Positions 13,120 to 23,814 of a stretch of 64,000 nt of DNA are shown piece after piece; position 1 is the first letter of the stretch, and the number at the start of each line of letters is the position of its first letter. Origin of the DNA: Somniosus microcephalus (Eukaryota); assembly GCA_052327205.1 (NCBI GenBank), contig CM126206.1:285882001-285946000 (forward strand), written 5' to 3'. The position numbers were made by a program, and so were the translations under genes. The notes under the pieces are model-generated. The model saw only the letters and a list, made by a program, of their open reading frames with translations, made no database searches and was not told where the DNA came from.

Positions 13120-13792
13120 GGGGGAGAAATTGGGTATGTAGCGCCACCTATTAGCGCCTAAAGAGGGCAGTCGGTGGCTGTAGCTCCACTGGCCGCACCT
13201 CCCGCGATATTCAGCGGGGGCGCTAATGGTGGCGTTAGCCTGTTGCGCTGCGCCGCCACCGATGACGTCATCGGTGTGCGCAGCACCCCATTAGCGCCCC
13301 GATCGCGATATTTGGTAGCCATTCGCTACCCGCGCCCGGTTCACGGGGCCTTGCTGTGCCGGCAGTGGCGCAAGTTAAGGTGGAGGTGCGGGGCGGCTGC
13401 TTTTTTCGGCGGCCGCCTGCCAGCACCTCTGTCCCCGACCTCCTGACCCCCCCCCCCCCCCGTGGCATTGCCGGCTGTTTCCCGAGAGCCCGGCACTTCT
13501 CCTCGGTGCCGGGCTCTTTTGCCAGCACTCACGATCGGGGATCGCGCTGTTGCAGGCCCCTCCCCCTTAACAATGGGAGGAAGGCCTGCAGTACCGCAGC
13601 GTGCCGTGCCGCAGCGTGTGGCGCTGCGATATTCAGTTTCAGCGCCCTAAGAGGGACGCAGAGCGCCTCGAGCCTCACCCCGTCTCCCTCTAGGGGCGCT
13701 GAAACTGAATTTCTGGCGATCGGTATTACTCCGAACGCTCCGCAAAAATCAGCGCCCAGGCGAACTTGGCGCCACTACCGAATTTCTAGGCC
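13120..13792. mobile_element. GC-rich non-autonomous DNA transposon (PIF/Harbinger-like)
   Basis: Termini gggggagaaatt / aatttctaggcc with 3-bp ATG TSD; CpG-rich, so relatively young. Confidence 0.75.
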
Positions 13793-14444
13793 ATGGTGTT
13801 TTAGTATTTGCTAAATTTTGTGTTTCATATTATTTCCTTGTAAATCATCATTAGTTTCTTTCATCTGCAAAACTCTCTGGTCTGTGTTTAACCTCCACCA
13901 ATTGGAAGAGTTTTGGTAGTTTAGTATAGGACTACATTTAATCCAGTAAGCACACTACTGCAAGCAGTTATTGTTAATCCTCAGGGTACGTTCCTCTAAT
14001 AAGGGCAGATTATTGGAATGGAACACCAGATCATAGAAAATATAATCAGTTTTCAGAAATTGCTGTTAAACCAGAAATAGAAAACAATGATATAAATCTG
14101 AAGCTGCAGCACTGGTCAATCACCATTCAATTGAGAACTTCTGACCTCAAAGAATTGGAGTTTACACTTTTTACTAAACTAAGGGTAGAATTTGAGATAT
14201 AAAAGGCGGTGGGGGCTAGAAGCCAATGGTCAACATTTTGCATCATCCCACCAAGACAACAAGAACTTGCACTTATATAGCATCTTTAATGTAGCAAACG
14301 TCCCAAGGCACTTCACAGGAGTGTAATCAGACAAGAATTGACACCGAGCTGAAGGAGGAGACATTAGGACAGGTGAGAGGTAGACTTTAAAGAGGGTCTC
14401 AAAAAAAGGACAGAGGGGTGGAGAGGTTTAGGGAAAGAATTCAA

Positions 14445-15472
14445 CAGTTTATGGTAAATGGCTGTTTTTCAGACTGGAGGATGGTAGACAGTGGTGTTCC
14501 CCAAGGGTCAGTGTTGGGGCCACTGCTTTTTTTGAGACCTGGTTATTGGAATAGAGTAGAATTTCTAAATTTGCCGATGACACCAAACTTGGTGTGGCAA
14601 ACAGTGAGGGTGATACCAATCGACTGCAACAGGACATAAAAAGGCTAGCAGAATAGGCAAACAAGTGGCAGATGGAATTTAATACAGAGAAGTGTGAGGT
14701 GATGCATTTTGGCAGAAGGAACGGAGAGGCAATATACACTTAATGGCACAGTTTTAAAGGGTGTGCAGGGACAGAGGGACCTGGGAGTTAATGTGCATTG
14801 GTCCCTGAAGGTGGCAGGACATATTGAGAGAGTGGTTAGCAAAGCATATGGGATCTTGGGCTTCATAAATAGAGGTTGAGTACAAAGTAGAGCAGTTATG
14901 CTGAACATTTATAAAGCGCTGGTTAGGCCGCAACTGGAATATGGCGTCCAGTTCTGGTCACTACACTTTAAGAAGGATGTGAAGATCCTTGAGAGAGTGC
15001 AGAGGAAATTTACCAGAATGGTTCTGGGGATGGGGGGATCTTAGCTACAAGGACAGGTTGGAGAAGTTGGATTTGTTTTTATTAGAGCAAAGGAGGTTGA
15101 GGGGTGATTTGATAGAGGTGTACAAGATTATGACAGGTTTGGATAGGCTACACGGGGAAAGACTGTTCACACTAGTTGATGGTACAAGGACTAGGGGACA
15201 CAGATTTAAGGTTTTGGGCAAGAGATACAGGGGGGATGTGAAGAAAACGTTTTTACGCGAGTGGTGAAGACCTGGAACTCGCTGCCGACGGAAATGGTGG
15301 AAGCGGCCACACTGAATGTTTTCAAGGCGAGACTGGATAGGCACTTGAGGGAAATAAACTTGCAGGGCTACGGGAATAGAGCGTGGGAATGGAACTAACT
15401 GGATTGCTCTACAGAGAGTCGGCATGGACTCGATGGGTCGAATGGCCTCCTTCTGTACCGTTATGACTCTAC
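14445..15472 (+). mobile_element. CR1 LINE 3' part (RT)
   Basis: SGVPQGSVLGPLLF, KFADDTKL, LRGDLIEVYKIM; atgactct tail. Confidence 0.92.
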
Positions 15473-16314
15473 GGGGGAGAAATTCGGTATCATCCCGTAT
15501 GGGGTGCAATTATCGGCCGGGCGCAAATTTTAGCACCTGGCGCTAATTATCGCCTCCGACTGCAAACTTGACTTTTATCGCCTCTAGAGATGATTGGAGT
15601 GCTAAATCAGAACACTTCGCTTAAGGCGCTAACGGTGAGGAGCGAGGCGTTACCTCAGAGCACTGGCGAAGCTCATGTGATGTCAGTCAGCAATGGAACA
15701 CAGACACACTGGCGCCGGCCAGTTCTTAAAGGGGAGGGTCGATCTGGCTTTCCATCCACATCCTGCTCCTTGCAGCCTTGAATCTTGGCCTGGAGAGACC
15801 TGTACATCAAATCTGCTGGAAAGAACAATAGAGACCCCCAGGGAAAGAGCTCAGAGTGCAGCCCCCACAGTCTCTTCTAAATCGATGCAAGGAAGGTCAA
15901 GTCAAAATGAACCTGCAAAGTGCTGTTCAGTACCCTAAACTCCTTCACACAGCATTGAATCTCTCCAGAAGTCTCTCTCTCTCGCTGAATGCGTGGTGTA
16001 AAAATGTCGCTGACAAAAAAAGGTAGGAAGCGGTCACCTTTAAATAGCGCTCCCCCAGTCCCTTCCCGACTGCAAAACACTCACCTCAACCTGTCGTTGC
16101 TAGCGGCAGGCGGGAAGGCAGGGGGCGCCACTCAATATCCGGTCCGGGGCGCAACACGCTCGACTGACGTCACGATCTGCGGGCGCAGGAGATCGTGGCG
16201 GTAGTGTTTAGCGCTGCCGCAAAATGTCTGGTCAATTTCACGAGCAGCGCAAACATCGCCATGCCCGGGCGCTAGTTGCTAACGGGAGGCGCAAAGCAAC
16301 CGAATTGTCCCCCC
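15473..16314. mobile_element. Harbinger-like MITE inserted in CR1 3' tail
   Basis: TIR gggggagaaattcggt / accgaattgtcccccc; flanked by atgactctac CR1 tail repeats. Confidence 0.75.
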
Positions 16315-17661
16315 ATGACTCTACAGCTGAAGGTGTGGCCGCAAATGATGGGATGAAGGAAGTGGGAGATGCACAAGAAGCTAGAGTGGTAGGAACACAG
16401 AGTTCTTGGAATGTTGTAGGGCTGGAGGTGGTTACGGAAATTGGAAGGGGCCAGGCCTTGGAGGAAATTGAACACGAGGAGCAGAATTTTAAAATGGAGG
16501 TGTTTGGGGACCAGGAGCCTCTGTAGGTCAGCGAGCACAGGGGTGATGGGTGAATGGGACTTGGAGCAAGTTAGCATTTGGGCAGAGTTTTGGATGAGCT
16601 TAAGTTTATGGAGGGTGCAAGGTGGGAGGCTGGCCAAGAGAGCATTGGAATAGTCGAGTCTGGAAGTAACAAAAGCATAGATGAGGGTTTCAGCAGTAGA
16701 TGGGTTGAGGCAGGGGCGGTGACTGATGATGTTACAGAGGTGGAAGTAGGCGGTCTTGGTGATGGAGCGGACATAGGTTCAGATGCTCAGCTCAGGGATG
16801 TCGAGGTTACGAACAGTCTGGTTCCGCCTCAGACAGTGGCCAGGGAGGGGGATGGAATTGGTGGCTAGGGAACGGAGTTTGTGATGGGGACCGAAGACAA
16901 TGGCTTCAGACTTACCAATATTTAACTGGAGGAAATTGTGGCTCATCCAGGACTGGATGTCAGACAAGCAGCCTGAGAACAGAGACAGTGGAGGGGTCGA
17001 GAGAGGTGGTGGTGAGGTAGAGCTGGGTGTTCTCAGCTTGCATGTGGAACCAGACGTCGTGTTTTTGGATGAAGTCACTGAGGGCAGCACGTAGATGAGA
17101 AATAAGAGGGGACCAAGGATAGATCCTTTGGTGACTCCAGAAAGAGCGTGGATTGGGCCAAAGCAGGAAAATTTACACAAGAAAATAATGATGAAGCTAA
17201 ACTGTCTATATTTAGGTGAAGGTCGTGGAGATTCTCTGGCTAAGATTGGATAGGCATGAGGGGAACCAGGCAAAGGGAGTACAACTTAGCTGGACAATGG
17301 AGGGGAGCTGTTGGTGGAGGATGGTGTGGTCAACCGTGTCAAAGGCTGCAGGCAGGTCGACTCTTCAAGGTTTGGCAGAAAACACTGGCAACAGGAAAGC
17401 AGGCTACCTTATTGTGGCAGAAATCAAAACCGTGCCAGCTGCTTCCTGGCTTCAGTTCCTACTGCAGGCTTCGGTTACTGAACGATTCAATTTTAATTAC
17501 TATTTCCCAGTCTCTGACTTTCATTTTCTGCTTCTTGTTCAGTTTTTCCAAATGTAAAATCTCAATTTTCACATATTTCCTCCCTGTAAATCCCCCTACA
17601 CTACTCCTTGCCCAAATGGTGGATCAAATAGGCAATCCGATCCCAGACAGACATTCATCAA

Positions 17662-18545
17662 ATCATAGACACATACAGCACAGGAGGCCGCCATTTGGCC
17701 CATCTATTCTGTGCCGGCTCTTTGAAAGAGCTATCCAATTAGTCCACTCCCCTGCTTTTTCCCCCATAGCTCTGCAATTCTTTTCCTTTTCAAGTATATA
17801 TTCAATTCCCTTTTTAAAGTTACTACTGAATCTGCTTCCACCACCCTCATTCCAGATCATAACAACTCGCTGCGTTAAAAAATTCTAATTTCTCCCCTGG
17901 AATTTTTTTTAACCAATAATAATAAATCTGTATTCTTTAGTTACCGACCCTCCTTCCAGTGGAAACAGTTTCTTCCCATCTATTCTATCAAAATGCAATG
18001 ATTTGTGCCTTGATATATTGTGTACAATTCTGGGCACCACACTTTAGGAAGGATGTAAAGGCCTTGGAGAGGGTACAGAGGAGGTTTACTAGGATAATAC
18101 TAGGGATAAGGGACTTCAGTTATGTGGAGAGACTAGAAAAGCTCAGATTGTTCTCCTTAGAACAGAGAAGGGTAAGGGGAGACCTAATAGAGGTATTCAA
18201 AATTATGAGGGGTTTTGATAGAGCAAGTAGGGAGAAACTGTTTCCTCTGGCAAGTGGGCCAGTAACCAGAGGCATAAATTTAAAATAATTGGCAAAAATA
18301 CTACAGGGGAAATGAGGAGATTTTTTTCACACATGGTTGTTAAGATCTGGAACGCACTACCAGTGGAATCAGATTCAATAGGAACTTTCAAAAGGCAAAT
18401 GGACATGTACTTAAAGAGGATTCATTTGCAGGGTTATGGGGAGAAAGCTGGGGTGTGGGACTAAATTGTACAGCTCTTTCGAAGAGTCAACACAGGCAGG
18501 ACAGGCCAAATAGCCTCCTTCTGTGCTGTATGGTTCTATGATTTT
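17662..18545. mobile_element. Two CR1 3' ends in inverted orientation (minus 17662-17990, plus 18010-18545)
   Basis: ORF 17959..18288 YCVQFWAPHFRKDV...RGDLIEVFK; CR1 tails face outward at both ends. Confidence 0.85.
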
Positions 18546-18928
18546 CCCCTTAACCGTCTACTCAACTACTAGAGAGGCTAAATTTTGCATTTACTTTGCC
18601 TTGTACTGTAATGTGTCTGAGATCAGGAACTCAACACCTGAAGGCACAAACCATTGCATTGTGCATTAGTGTGTTTGACCGAACACCACTATCCTCGCCT
18701 GTTGTCTTTTGCTTAAATCTGTTTTTTCCTTTGAGTAATTTTTCCATTTTGTTTTCCTTGTTTACTGTGGCATGAGAATGGTCAGAGAAACAAATGGATC
18801 ATACTAGTATCAATATGCAACTAAAAAATAAATCGGTCCATTCTGAGCAGGATCAGCAGTCATTTTCAAGTAGCTTCTGACTCAAAGCTATTTCAATGGG
18901 TTCTGTTGCACGAAATAAAATGACTTAC

Positions 18929-19017
18929 CTGTTCTGTTTTACACAGACTTCCACGTGTATTTGCATGGATTCGAAAGATGGTAACGCTTGCTTTAATTCT
19001 CCAGCTGCTGCATCCAT
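18929..19017 (-). CDS. TRIP13: TRIP13 first coding exon (MDAAAGELKQALPSFESMQIHVEVCVKQN)
   Basis: ATG at 19017; matches human MDEAVGDLKQALP...VHVEV; gtaagt donor. A polypyrimidine tract plus cag acceptor lies 9 nt upstream of the ATG (exon starts at 19026). Confidence 0.95.
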
Positions 19018-19904
19018 TTATAGTTACTGATGAAACAGAAGTTTAAAAAAAAAAAAGAATTGGACAATCTAATCAATTGATGCTCATGACAGAAGCAAAT
19101 TCCTACATTCATTTTCAGTGGCATCAATAATGGACCATGCGTTCAGGAAAATACAAGAGGTTACGTCCCATCTATACACATATGCAAAATTAATTTACAT
19201 CTATTTAGAGTGTCATTTGAGAGAAGGATGTACACACACATAAAACAACAACAATTATGGATGTCCCCTTCACAGGTTCCAGTCACCTTTGAGCTGCACA
19301 GTACAATGTACAGGAGTGTCCAAGTATTTTAGACTTTGTAGGCTTGCTTAGATACATAGCAAGAAGTCTCAAGTCACAAATAAGTTTAAATCAATATTGC
19401 CATTAATTCATATACATCTCAAGCTATAAATACCAACAGAACTTAGGGTTTATCCACCAGTGAGGCAACAGTGCAAAATATAGTCCTTTCCAAACATTAG
19501 AGTATAAGAATTTAAACAGGACAAACCAGGAAGTAAGAAATACAAGGACAAAAAGAACTGAGTTGCCAGGGCTTTTAAGTCACACATCGTCCACGGGCTG
19601 TAAGCACCCCTAGCAACAGTTTGAAGATTTTACAATTATATTGATTACAACTCTTTGATTTATCTCGATACATTTGGAGTTACTGGCAGCTACACCCAAA
19701 GCGCTAGTTCTCCTGCTAACATAGCCCACGCAAGGATATTAGAATGACTTGCAGTTGTGAGGATGTATCTCGCAAACAAATCCCCACAAAGGTTGTATGG
19801 AGGCAGGGGGAATAGTGGCAGATTTGGGGGGGGGGGGGGGGGGGGGGAAAGGGGGAAGAAGGGGATTGGGGAGGAGGGGGGGGGGGAGAATAGTTGGGGT
19901 GGGG

Positions 19905-20200
19905 CAGCACTTGACAGCCAATGAAGTACTTTTGAAGTGTCATCACTTGTTGTAATGTAGGAAACCCAACAACTTTATAAATGCAAGTCTTTCTTTAAGA
20001 CAGCAGAGAGAACTTTCTTGCTCTTCTCCAAATAGTGGGATCTTTTAGGTCCAGATGGCACCTCCGACAGTGCAGCACACCTTCAGTTCTGCCCTAGAGT
20101 CAGCCTAGATTTTTGTGCGCAAGTCTCTGGAGTGGGACTTGAACCCACAACCTTCTGACTCAGAGGCGAGAGTGCTATTAACTGAGCCACGGCTGACCCT
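19905..20200 (-). mobile_element. tRNA-derived Deu-type SINE (internally deleted), adjacent to the promoter
   Basis: Minus-strand head gtcagccgtggctcagtt...gggttcaagtcccactccagag (A/B boxes). Confidence 0.8.
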
Positions 20201-20319
20201 TAGAGAAAGTAGCGGTCCCCCTCCTCTATCCGTACCACCACCGTCTCCTTGTCACTACCAGGACCCCCCTCCCCACACGCGCGATTTCAGGGCCGCTTCT
20301 TACTTACTCACTCACTCAC

Positions 20320-20400
20320 AATTCCTTCCGCTCCCTCACTGCCACCGCCAGCAACTCAAATCTACCGCCCGACACGCCACAGGCTCAGGCCGCGCACGAC
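20320..20400 (-). other. TRIP13: Probable non-coding first exon of TRIP13 (5' end approximate)
   Basis: The acceptor upstream of the ATG requires an upstream exon; the minus-strand donor cluster GTGAGTGAGTGAGTAAGTAAG starts at 20319 at the CpG-island edge. Confidence 0.65.
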
Positions 20401-20922
20401 GTCACACGGGCGGAGCATGGCGGGAGTGGGGGCAGGACAAATGCCCGATCGCCGTTCGCTATTGGCGAGAGCTTGCTCACTCAAATAATACCATTGGTTG
20501 GCCGCCACGTCAATTAACGTCGATCCCGCCTTCCTGCCCGTCAGCTCATCGCTGATTGGCTCGTGCTTCCTATCACTCTCTAACTTGCAGCCGGATTGGC
20601 TCCCGCCTGCCCCTGACGGTCGGACTCCAACAGAAAGGAGCGTTTTGTTGGGTTGAGGGGGTGGGGAGGCGGGGAATAGTACGGGCTCTAAACTACCGTC
20701 AGATCGAATGATCCGGAATAGTTGAAGCATTAAAAAAAATTTTTTAATCGGTGCTGAGGAAGCTTCCCCTTGCCGGTGGCGGGAGGGGCAGTGGACGGAC
20801 CCGCCGAACCGCCTCTCCTGTCAGCCGGGCGCCGTTGGGCGCGCGCGGGGCCGAATCGGGGGTTGCGTGAGGGTGAGTGAGCGAGCGAGCGAGCGCGCCT
20901 GCGCGCTGCCAGCGGCCCGGAG

Positions 20923-20971
20923 ATGGGGAAGAAGCACAAGAAACACAAGTGTGAGTGGCGCTCGTACGACG
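20923..20971 (+). CDS. BRD9: BRD9 exon 1 CDS (MGKKHKKHKCEWRSYD)
   Basis: Matches human MGKKHKKHKAEWRSSYE; gtgagt donor; 49 nt. Confidence 0.97.
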
Positions 20972-21302
20972 GTGAGTGAGGTAGTGAGTGAGGTAGTGAG
21001 TGAGCGAGCCCGGGCCCCTTTCCGTGTAAACAGCACACGGGCGAGGACGATTCCTCAGGGAGGGGAGGGTGGGGGTTTAGCGTCCAGTCAGCAGAGCTGG
21101 ACCGGGCCGGGAGGGGGAGGGGCTCCTATTTATATACACACACACACACCAGAAAGTGTTGCAATAACAACAGAAAACACTCAGCAGTTTATTATGAAGT
21201 TGATGTGTTGTAACAAGTACTACCAGATTTAAATAAAAAGAGGTCTCTGTCTTGGAAAAAAACACTCAGCAGGCCAGGCAGCATCCGTGGAGAGAGATTC
21301 AG

Positions 21303-21339
21303 AGTTAACGTTTCAGGTCTGGGACCCTTCATCAGAACT
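21303..21339 (-). ncRNA. Minimal hammerhead ribozyme motif (inverted pLTR arm)
   Basis: Minus strand reads agttCTGATGAagggtcccagacctGAAACGTTaact. Confidence 0.7.
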
Positions 21340-22142
21340 GGAAAAAGCTAGAGATATAATAGATATTAAGCAGGTGCAGAGACAGGGGGTGGGGGTCAGG
21401 AGGGGAGGAAGGAATTGAAAGAACATATTGTGCTTATGTAAGAGGCAGGAAAGATAAAATGTTGCAAATGGGAATGGCAAAAATCATACTGCATGAAAAA
21501 TGGGGGCAGGGATAATTATTTGAAATTGTTGAACTCAAATGTTGAGTCCGGCAGGCATGCAAAGTGCCCAATCGAAAGATGAGGTGCTGTTCCTCGAGCT
21601 TACGTTGAGCTTCATTGGAACAATGCAATAGGCCGAGGACAGAGAGATCAGAGTGGGAGTGAAGCGGTGAATTGATGTGACAGGCGACCGGAAGCTCAGG
21701 GTCACCCTTACGGACTGAACGGAGGTGTTCTGCAAAGCGGTCGCCCAATCTGCGTTTGGTCTCCCCAATGTAGAGGAGACCGCATCGTGAGCAGCGAATA
21801 CAGTATATTAAATTGCAAGAAGTACAAGTAAATCGCTGTTTCACCTGGAAGGGGTGTTTGGGGCCCTGGACAGTGGGTCAGCTCAACGTAAGCTCGAGGA
21901 ACAGCACCTCATCTTTCGATTGGGCACTTTGCAGCCTGCCGGACTCAACATTGAGTTCAACAATTTCAGCTAATTATCCCTACCCCCATTTTTCATGCAG
22001 TATGATTTTTGCCATTCCCATTTGCAACATTTTATCTTTCCTGCCTCTTACAAAAGTACAGGGTGTTCTTTCAATTCCTAACCCCCTCCCCCACCCTTGT
22101 CTCTGCACCTGCTTAATATCTGTTACATCTCCAGCTTTTTCC

Positions 22143-22179
22143 AGTTCTGATGAAGGGCCCCAGACCTGAAACGTTAACT
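22143..22179 (+). ncRNA. Minimal type I hammerhead ribozyme motif in Penelope pLTR
   Basis: AGTT-CTGATGA-AGG(gccccaga)CCT-GAAA-CGTT-AACT: core boxes, stem II, palindromic stem III, stem I AGUU/AACU. Confidence 0.7.
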
Positions 22180-22399
22180 CTGTTTCTCTCTCCACGGATG
22201 CTGCCTGGCCTGCTGAGTATTTCCAGCATTTTCTGTTGTTAGTTCAGATTTCCAGCATCCGCAGTATTTTGCTATTATAGAAAGTGTTGCAGCCCCCTCG
22301 GCATCTGCAGCGACCCTGCAACAGACCCATCTGCTGCCTGGCTGATTTTTAAAAAAAAATTCTACCTTTGTTGCTTCCTCCCTAGTTTTGATTCTTTTT

Positions 22400-22940
22400 T
22401 GCTACCTCTCCTTTTAAGACGCTCCTTAATAAAACCTACCTCTTTGACCAAGCTTTTGGAACTCTGCCCTAATTTCTCCTTACGTGGCTTGGTGTGATTT
22501 TTGTCTCGTAATACTCCTGTAAAAGAAAGACTTGCATTTATATAGCGCCTTTCACGACCACCGGACGTCTCAAAGCGCTTTACAGCCAGTGAAGTACTTT
22601 TGAAGTGTAGTCACTGTTGTAATGTGGGACTTGCCTTGCCTTGTATAGAAACATAGAAGATAGGAGCAGGAGTAGGCCATTCGGCCCCTCGAGCCTGCAC
22701 CGCCATTCAATGCGATCATGGCTGATCATCCAATTTCAGTACCCGGTCCCTGCTTTCTCCCCATACCCCTGGATCCCTTTCGCCTTAAGAAATATATCCA
22801 ACTCCTTCTTGAATATATTTAATGAATTGGCTTCTACTGCCTTCTGTGGTAGAGAATTCCACAGGTTCACCACTCTGGGTGAAGCGCCTTGGGACTTTTT
22901 AACTACGTTAAAGGTGCTATATAAATACAAGTTGTTGTTG
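22400..22940. mobile_element. L2 3' tail (+) interrupted by a SINE fragment (22520-22630) and a CR1 3' end (22645-22880, -)
   Basis: L2 tail ...ctcctgt|...|gtgaagcgccttggga...ggtgctatataaatacaagttgttg is split by the inserts. Confidence 0.75.
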
Positions 22941-23814
22941 AATTCTCACCCTGGTAATTGGTGCTATGGCCACTAGGAATTATTGATCATAACATTTGCA
23001 GCACAGAAACAGGCCATTTGGCCCAACTGGTCTATACTGGTGTTTATGCCCCCACGTGAGCCTCCTCCCACCCTACTTCATCTCTCCTTCCCCCCCCCCC
23101 ACCCCCACCATCAACATATCCTTCTATCCCTTCCTCCCTCATGTACTTGTCTAGCTTCCCCTTAAAGGCATCTATGTTATTCGCCTCAACTACTCCATGT
23201 GCTAACAGGTTTCACCACCTCACCACTGAGTAAATAAGTTTCTCCTGAATTCTTTATTGGATTTATTAGTGACTGTCTTGTATTTAAGATCAGCGTCTTA
23301 AATTCTCTTTTTTTTTGTTTCCCCCCTGTTCTTGTTTGGGTTGAAATACTTATCAAATGCAGTATGATCATTTGCAAACTCATTTTAAACTGAATAAAGT
23401 TGAAGTGAGATACATTAAAATTCGGTTTTAAAATGTGTCCTAAAAGCAGTTGCAGAGCAACATTGCCATTGCAAATTGTTTGGAAAAAAATGGGAAGACA
23501 TGAAAAAGTTCACAATTGTAAGAAAATTGGGTTTGACAGGAATGAAAGGCCACTACATTGGAGTTACGTTTTAAGCAGCAGATTTGATTGTAGTTGATGT
23601 TGGGAGCATTTTAGTCTAGACCGAGCTGCAGTGAAAATCTACCAAAACCTTTTGCAAGGCGATTTCACAAGTTAAACTATAGATTCTGCTTTAATGTAAT
23701 GTGGATTTTATGCTGAAGAAAGCACAGCCTAATGCCAGTGTGAGGTCACTGATTTGCATTTTGGCAATCGATGTGAGGTGACCTTGAGGGGGAAGAGTCA
23801 CGCGACTTGGGCGT

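Larger units (their letters stand above)
14256..17360 (-). mobile_element. L2 LINE fragment split by a CR1 and a MITE (L2 pieces 14256-14443 and 16324-17360)
   Basis: Sequence resumes collinearly with the 3925 L2 copy after the insertions; GSILGPLLFLIY and LQLNIGKSE motifs. Confidence 0.85.
20200..21120. promoter_or_regulatory. CpG-island bidirectional promoter shared by TRIP13 and BRD9
   Basis: CpG-rich. Four ATTGG (CCAAT) boxes at 20461, 20493, 20555, 20595. E2F-like GGCGGGA/TCCCGCC at ~20419, 20524, 20601, 20778. CRE-like GACGTCA at 20398. The same head-to-head arrangement is known at human 5p15.33. Confidence 0.88.
21164..22278. mobile_element. Penelope-like retroelement, 5'-truncated, with inverted pseudo-LTR arms and a GIY-YIG endonuclease remnant
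   Basis: ORF 21434..21844(-) has NLIYCIRCSRCGLLYIGETKRRLGDRFAEH (GIY-YIG with CxxC); the right arm encodes the ...LGTLQPAGLNIEFNNFS* C-terminus; arms 21262-21611 and 21880-22232 are inverted; 13-bp direct repeat agaaagtgttgca at 21151 and 22279. Confidence 0.9.

Noticed and set aside
13120-13814. CpG-rich region with several ORFs, possible second promoter or gene
   Set aside because: Bounded by TIRs and a 3-bp TSD; GC-rich MITE whose ORFs have no recognisable homology.
21434-21844. Stand-alone or domesticated GIY-YIG nuclease gene
   Set aside because: 5'-truncated, starts at a non-ATG codon, frameshifted before the GLN motif relative to the right arm, and lies within a TSD-bounded retroelement.
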